The position numbers and the translations under genes are program-made. The notes below the pieces were generated by a model, which had not been told where the DNA came from, ran no database searches, and saw nothing but the letters and a program-made list of their open reading frames with translations. A stretch of DNA of 64,000 nt from Halobacteriovoraceae bacterium (GTDB lineage: Bacteria; Bdellovibrionota; Bacteriovoracia; Bacteriovoracales; Bacteriovoracaceae): contig JABGVH010000199.1 of NCBI GenBank assembly GCA_018646195.1, forward strand, positions 8,619 to 72,618, read 5' to 3'. Position 1 is the first letter of the stretch, and each line of letters opens with the position of its first letter. This document shows positions 59,376-64,000 of this stretch, in pieces.

Positions 59376-61112
59376 TTAGTTTAAAGAGCGAAAATTAACT
59401 ACTTGCTTCTTATTTTTCTGAACAGCAAGAGCGCCTAGGTCATAGCTTTTTGTATTGGCGCCTTCTTTAACTAATGCCTTTAATTTGTATTGTCCGACTG
59501 GCAAACTCAAGTGTAGTACTCGTAGGTCCCACGGAAGTGTTGACCAATAGCGAGTATCCGCCCTCTCTGAGGCCTCTATGGCCTTGGAAGTTCCAGTGTA
59601 CTGTAAGAGCGCTGCACTTTTTGCAAGGAACTCATTCTTGGACCTAAGCCCTTTATAAGTTAAGTACGCTGCGAAGATTCCTACAATATGCTTTGCCGCT
59701 AATCTGGCCCCAAGCCGTGTGTAACGAGTCGCCGAATTTTCAGCGACAGCTTCTTCGGCAATATCACCCATAGGATTAATTATCGGGATCACCTGAGACT
59801 GAACTAGTTTTCCATTTTTTCCCCAAACTTGCAGGATAGTTTTTGCTCTAGTTGCAGTATTCTTAATTTTTGGTAATTCAAAGCTGATAGAGGCATGGCG
59901 AGCAGCTACAGACGCCACTTGCACACCTACCGCTGCACCAACCGGGCTATAGCTTCGAGGTGGTGGAATTAAGCCTAGTTTATTAGCTGCAAAAGTAGTT
60001 AGAACAAAATGCCCTACTGCCGCCATTGCTGCAGTACTACTATTCTTGCTTTTCATGGCTTTATCGAGCCCATAATAATGTTTCTGTGGCACCTTAAGAG
60101 GGATCAAGCCTCTTTGAAAAACCACTGCCACATTCGAATATTTTTTACGCTCTTTCTTTAACCGCTTCAGGGTCTTCACTGAGGGCTTGTGAATCGAAAC
60201 CATATTTTTAAAATCTTTAGGACGAATATTTTGAGTCATACTTAAAATTTTATAATTTAAGAAGCTTATAAGACTTCTTGAGTAAGATGTTTTGTTGACA
60301 TATTTTCGAGCGACTGCATTTTTACCCATACCTGGCAATTTACTAAAATCTTTTTTAAATTTCTTTGAATTTGAATTGAAAGTTTTGTAGCCGTTGTAAT
60401 TTCTGAAAAGTAATTTTTTCGCATCTTTGTATAGCTGTAGCGCAATATTGAGATCATTTAGACTACCAATCATCTCATGTACATAGCCGCCGAAAACTTT
60501 TGACAGTAAGTCGTTCTTAAAAACCGAACGGCCACCTCGCTCATTTCTCAAGGTCGTCAAATACGAATCCCAGGCCATCACCTCGGCCCTGGCCGCCATT
60601 TGTTCCCGCCTAAGGTCATCCTTACTAAGCTTCTTTTCTGGAATTAGTTTGGCATCTTTTTTAGCAGGCGTGTACGCTTCATAGCTTCCTTTCTGATAAA
60701 TTAAAAGGTGGTTGAGTGCTAAATAAAAATGAATCATTGAGCGCTCATACTTCTCGCCATAAAAAACATCATAGCTATCGTTTGCAATTGCAGCGGCGGC
60801 TTTTTTGGACAGGCGGATAGTATAAAGCTTATCCGCCAATTCCTTAGCATCACCGAGGGCCATTACCGATTGATGGTAATTACCTGCGGCATGGTGAACC
60901 AACCCTTTTTCCATTAAGGCCAAGAGTTTTGAGTCTTGGTCTTTATAAATTTTAGCTTCATTTAAAACCTCTAAGCTTTGATTAAAATTACCAGAAGCAA
61001 AGTGACTTCTCAGTGCTAGGCGCTCTTTCCTACCAGCTGTTGAACAGCCGGTAAGAACGATCGAAATTAGTAAAATACTAAAATATTTTGAAAAAAGAGT
61101 TGAAGTTTCCAT
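59376..61112 (-). CDS. COG3014-like TPR lipoprotein
   Basis: Lipobox LTGC, TPR-like N-terminus, Y.GE.YE, ERADTRYWSTLP motif. Confidence 0.82.
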   Translation of the reverse strand: METSTLFSKYFSILLISIVLTGCSTAGRKERLALRSHFASGNFNQSLEVLNEAKIYKDQDSKLLALMEKGLVHHAAGNYHQSVMALGDAKELADKLYTIRLSKKAAAAIANDSYDVFYGEKYERSMIHFYLALNHLLIYQKGSYEAYTPAKKDAKLIPEKKLSKDDLRREQMAARAEVMAWDSYLTTLRNERGGRSVFKNDLLSKVFGGYVHEMIGSLNDLNIALQLYKDAKKLLFRNYNGYKTFNSNSKKFKKDFSKLPGMGKNAVARKYVNKTSYSRSLISFLNYKILSMTQNIRPKDFKNMVSIHKPSVKTLKRLKKERKKYSNVAVVFQRGLIPLKVPQKHYYGLDKAMKSKNSSTAAMAAVGHFVLTTFAANKLGLIPPPRSYSPVGAAVGVQVASVAARHASISFELPKIKNTATRAKTILQVWGKNGKLVQSQVIPIINPMGDIAEEAVAENSATRYTRLGARLAAKHIVGIFAAYLTYKGLRSKNEFLAKSAALLQYTGTSKAIEASERADTRYWSTLPWDLRVLHLSLPVGQYKLKALVKEGANTKSYDLGALAVQKNKKQVVNFRSLN

Positions 61113-61738
61113 TACCAGCCAGCGCCACCTTTCTCGCTAAATTTATTTAGCTTAGTACGGACACGAAGAACTTCAGTCCCTTTGGAAAGGTTTGTCATAC
61201 GAATATTCACTGAATATTGCTTGATGGTTTTACCTTTTCGACTTCTCGGCTTCATGTAGATATTACCAAAAATCATAAGTTGGGCACCTGTTTGATTTCC
61301 AACTTTAGCGGCTGTTTTAGGATCCACCATACCATCGTGCTGATAGGTAATTTCTTTTAACATCTGCTCTCTTGCGGCAGCATCAACCAATACGAAATCT
61401 CCAGAGGCTGAAATTTCATTTAAGAATTCGTCGTTAATGTCGTTGATAGGAAAATAGGCTTCGGCAGTTAAGTTTTTAACCTCACCAATAAAGACAGTAG
61501 GTGATCCCCCATGTCCTCTTAGATAGCGTTTAAATCCTTTGTGATTGCCGATATGCTTAATGATATCTTTAACTACTCTTTCAGTGTCGCCAGAAACCCA
61601 CTTGTCGGTAACTTCCATTGCCGCTTCGTCAGATTCATCACCACTTTGTCGCTTTGCTTTGAACCCTCCACAGCTAGATACTGTGGCAAGAGTTAAAAGC
61701 AATAGCCAAATTTTTAAACTTTTCATTATTATCTCCAT
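61112..61738 (-). CDS. LpoB-like (CsgG/TolB-N fold) lipoprotein
   Basis: Lipobox VSSC; V.N.T.E, SGDF.LVD..AR...EI.YQ..G.VDP.TA..G..GA motif. Confidence 0.85.
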   Translation of the reverse strand: MEIIMKSLKIWLLLLTLATVSSCGGFKAKRQSGDESDEAAMEVTDKWVSGDTERVVKDIIKHIGNHKGFKRYLRGHGGSPTVFIGEVKNLTAEAYFPINDINDEFLNEISASGDFVLVDAAAREQMLKEITYQHDGMVDPKTAAKVGNQTGAQLMIFGNIYMKPRSRKGKTIKQYSVNIRMTNLSKGTEVLRVRTKLNKFSEKGGAGW

Positions 61739-61755
61739 TTAAATTATTACGTTTT

Positions 61756-62451
61756 TTACAACTGCCCTTGCTTTGCTTTTACAAAATTCTTTGAGGCATC
61801 TTGTAAGGCATTTTTCACATTGGCCTTTGTTTCCGGATCATCAGCAGCATTGGCAACGTGGTTAGCAGCTTCATCTATAGCTCGTGTCAATCTCTCAGTA
61901 GGAACTCTTAGGAAGACAGCGCAAGTGAAGGCAGTGAAGTCTCTCTTCGCTCCCATTTTTTTCTTATACTTACGTTTTTCCCAATAAGTTTTTCGGACTG
62001 AAACACCATGCATAATGGCTTGGACTTTTTCTGCCAGAGTATTTGAAACAAACTGACGGAGACCTTTGGTCTGTGGATTATTCTCGTCTATTGCATTAGC
62101 ACCCTCTTCGGATGACGCTAGAGACTTGTCAATAAAAGTGGCAATTTCACCAGCAATATCGGCGCGGGCATTGGCCTTGGCTTGATTGCAACTCATTTTA
62201 CGACTTACACTTGGATCGGTTTCATAAGAGAAATAACGGTAAGTTCCAATATCTAGCTTTTTATTATTGGCCCAGACTTCTGCGTCTTCTACCCAGCCTG
62301 GTCTCATTGGAGATGAAGAATCTCTAACAAGATAATCTTTTTTGAGATCATCATGCTCTTTTTCTTCAAGGTCTCGTTGTTCTGTTGTTCGAACGCTACT
62401 GCATGAAACTCCAAAACCCAATAGCATTGTAATGACTAGTAACTTTTTCAT
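61756..62451 (-). CDS. LPP20-like lipoprotein
   Basis: Lipobox GVSC, RPGWV, AKANARADIA, GV....YWE. Confidence 0.72.
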   Translation of the reverse strand: MKKLLVITMLLGFGVSCSSVRTTEQRDLEEKEHDDLKKDYLVRDSSSPMRPGWVEDAEVWANNKKLDIGTYRYFSYETDPSVSRKMSCNQAKANARADIAGEIATFIDKSLASSEEGANAIDENNPQTKGLRQFVSNTLAEKVQAIMHGVSVRKTYWEKRKYKKKMGAKRDFTAFTCAVFLRVPTERLTRAIDEAANHVANAADDPETKANVKNALQDASKNFVKAKQGQL

Positions 62452-62489
62452 AATAGCTCCTTGACTTTAAAAAGTCAGAATAGACTTAG

Positions 62490-63497
62490 TTAGTCGATAT
62501 TTAACTCGTTTAAATGTTCTTTTATATAAACTTGAATTTCCGCCATGGCATTTGAATAAGCCTGACTTAATTTTCTTCCGCTATGCGAGACAGTAAAGTC
62601 GACAGCGCCAATTTTTGCTCCCTTAAGGCTAAGAGATTTTAGTTGAAGCATAAACTTGTAACGCTTAAATCCTTTAACATTAAAATATTGCTTTTCCTTG
62701 GCCAGCTTACCTTTAACGACATATTGATGTTTTTTATTCTTATTAGTAACAACTTTGAAATCGTTATCAAGTAATTGTCTTATTATTAAATGCCGAATTT
62801 CTGAGATACGTCCCAGCTCTTTAAAATCTACGAAGATGGTTATGCCAAGTTTTGCCTTTGCACGTTTTCTGGCCAAGATTTTTGCGAAGCTAATCTTATT
62901 TGGGTAGCTATTCCCGGCTAAGAATTCATGGCGTAAATTTAAATTTTGGCGAACTCTAAAAAGCTTGGTGGCCCTATACAAAGAGCTTCTTTTATCGTCT
63001 TTGTAATAACCAACTATCTGCTGGTCCATATCGTCCATTTCAGCTCGCAGACTTTTTGCCGCTACATTTCGATCCAAAACCGCCAATGCATAAATTGCGT
63101 CGCTATCTTCAAATTTATTGAGGATTTCTACGCCCTTTAAAACTTGACTGGCCTTTTCATTGATTTCATTTTTAACATCTTCGTTAAGAGTCCCTTGCAT
63201 TATGCCGTCTTCGTCTTGTTGGCCTTCCATTGTCGACACGACTTTAAACTTTGCTTCAATTTTTGTTTCGAATACTTTGGCCAAATTTTTACGGGCACTA
63301 GATTCGGCCACCATGCTGCCAGTTCCTTCGCCTACAGCACAGAACTGATGCTTATCGCAAAATTCGTAGGGTTCTGAAATCCAGATTGGTCGGCCCTTAG
63401 CATCTTTCTTAAGATTTTTAGCGCTGTTGCGGTTTTTTGAAATGCCACCACAGCTAGCAAGAACAAGGATAAGTAAAAATAATAGATGACGGTTCAT
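62490..63497 (-). CDS. LPP20 family lipoprotein
   Basis: Lipobox LASC, RP.WI, AVGEG...A...AR..LA...I, L.GVEI, YALAVLDR. Confidence 0.82.
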   Translation of the reverse strand: MNRHLLFLLILVLASCGGISKNRNSAKNLKKDAKGRPIWISEPYEFCDKHQFCAVGEGTGSMVAESSARKNLAKVFETKIEAKFKVVSTMEGQQDEDGIMQGTLNEDVKNEINEKASQVLKGVEILNKFEDSDAIYALAVLDRNVAAKSLRAEMDDMDQQIVGYYKDDKRSSLYRATKLFRVRQNLNLRHEFLAGNSYPNKISFAKILARKRAKAKLGITIFVDFKELGRISEIRHLIIRQLLDNDFKVVTNKNKKHQYVVKGKLAKEKQYFNVKGFKRYKFMLQLKSLSLKGAKIGAVDFTVSHSGRKLSQAYSNAMAEIQVYIKEHLNELNID

Positions 63498-63665
63498 ATT
63501 GTAGTCCTCCCTTGGCAGGGAAAAGGTTTAATGAAAATCCTAAACCATTTAATGGTATTTTCAACAGGAAAAGTAGGGGCGGCACGCTAAATAATTATTA
63601 TGCATACGGTTGTCACAAATAAGGTAGTTTTAGCCGAGAGATTCTTTCCCTCTTTACACTAGGTG

Positions 63666-63917
63666 TTAACTGCCCTCTTGAAAATGGTAAATATAAACCT
63701 TACCGCGGGACTCGACTACCACCTCCTCCAAGGAATACTGGCCTTTTTTACTCAGCGTTGGCGGCTTAACAAGCCCCGCCTGAAGTTTTAAAAGTAGCTG
63801 ATCGGCCTTATAACGCTGCTTAAAACGGATCAGATAGATGTGTTCTGGATCAACTTGGTGAGTGGCAATATAGAAATAATTCTCTCTTAAATCAGTATCA
63901 ATATAAAATGTTTCCAA
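63666..63917 (-). CDS. Hypothetical protein
   Basis: 83-aa ORF with TTG start; no motif recognised. Confidence 0.5.
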   Translation of the reverse strand: METFYIDTDLRENYFYIATHQVDPEHIYLIRFKQRYKADQLLLKLQAGLVKPPTLSKKGQYSLEEVVVESRGKVYIYHFQEGS

Positions 63918-63938
63918 AAAAATTTACCTGTCTCTTAT

Positions 63939-63965
63939 TAAGGAATGACCACCCTTTTCCGATAA
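63939..63965 (+). promoter_or_regulatory. sigma28-type promoter before a gene starting at 63973 (runs off the window)
   Basis: TAAG-N15-TCCGATAA, then 7 nt, then ATG GGC GTG AAG AAG. Confidence 0.65.
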
Positions 63966-64000
63966 ATCAATCATGGGCGTGAAGAAGTTAAATCCAGACA

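Noticed and set aside
1..64000. CRISPR arrays, tRNA/rRNA genes, IS elements, prophage or defence systems
   Set aside because: By eye, no regularly spaced repeats, structural RNA signatures, transposase, integrase or phage genes were found, and intergenic gaps are short. A covariance-model search was not possible, so small RNAs are not excluded.

Overview
AT-rich (roughly 38-40% GC by eye) bacterial chromosome segment. Gene content and style suggest a Bdellovibrionota predator of the Bacteriovoracia/Halobacteriovorax type (inference: Flp/Tad pilus genes, many orphan secreted proteins, sigma28-like promoters, RxPAS-like motifs). Core genes: partial guaB, a kdsB-pyrG-kdsA-kdsC-ybeD-gpsA operon, purB, manC, lysC, ettA, an rlmI-like methyltransferase and an isolated nuoBCDI module. 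Accessory loci: (1) a split, divergent Tad pilus locus whose secretin frame is broken by an in-frame TGA and overlaps an antisense 41-aa highly basic gene; (2) a long purine/allantoin catabolic operon (allB-alc-uraD-uraH-DUF6986-like lyase-aminotransferase-tldD-tldE) with no uricase or ureidoglycolate lyase; (3) a block of secreted proteins (amidohydrolase, degenerate gluzincin-like protein, pentaheme cytochrome c); (4) a four-lipoprotein LPP20/LPP20/LpoB-like/COG3014 operon. Several genes have a promoter directly abutting the start codon, suggesting leaderless transcripts. No rRNA, tRNA, CRISPR array or mobile element was recognised. All family assignments come from motif recognition by eye, not database searches.
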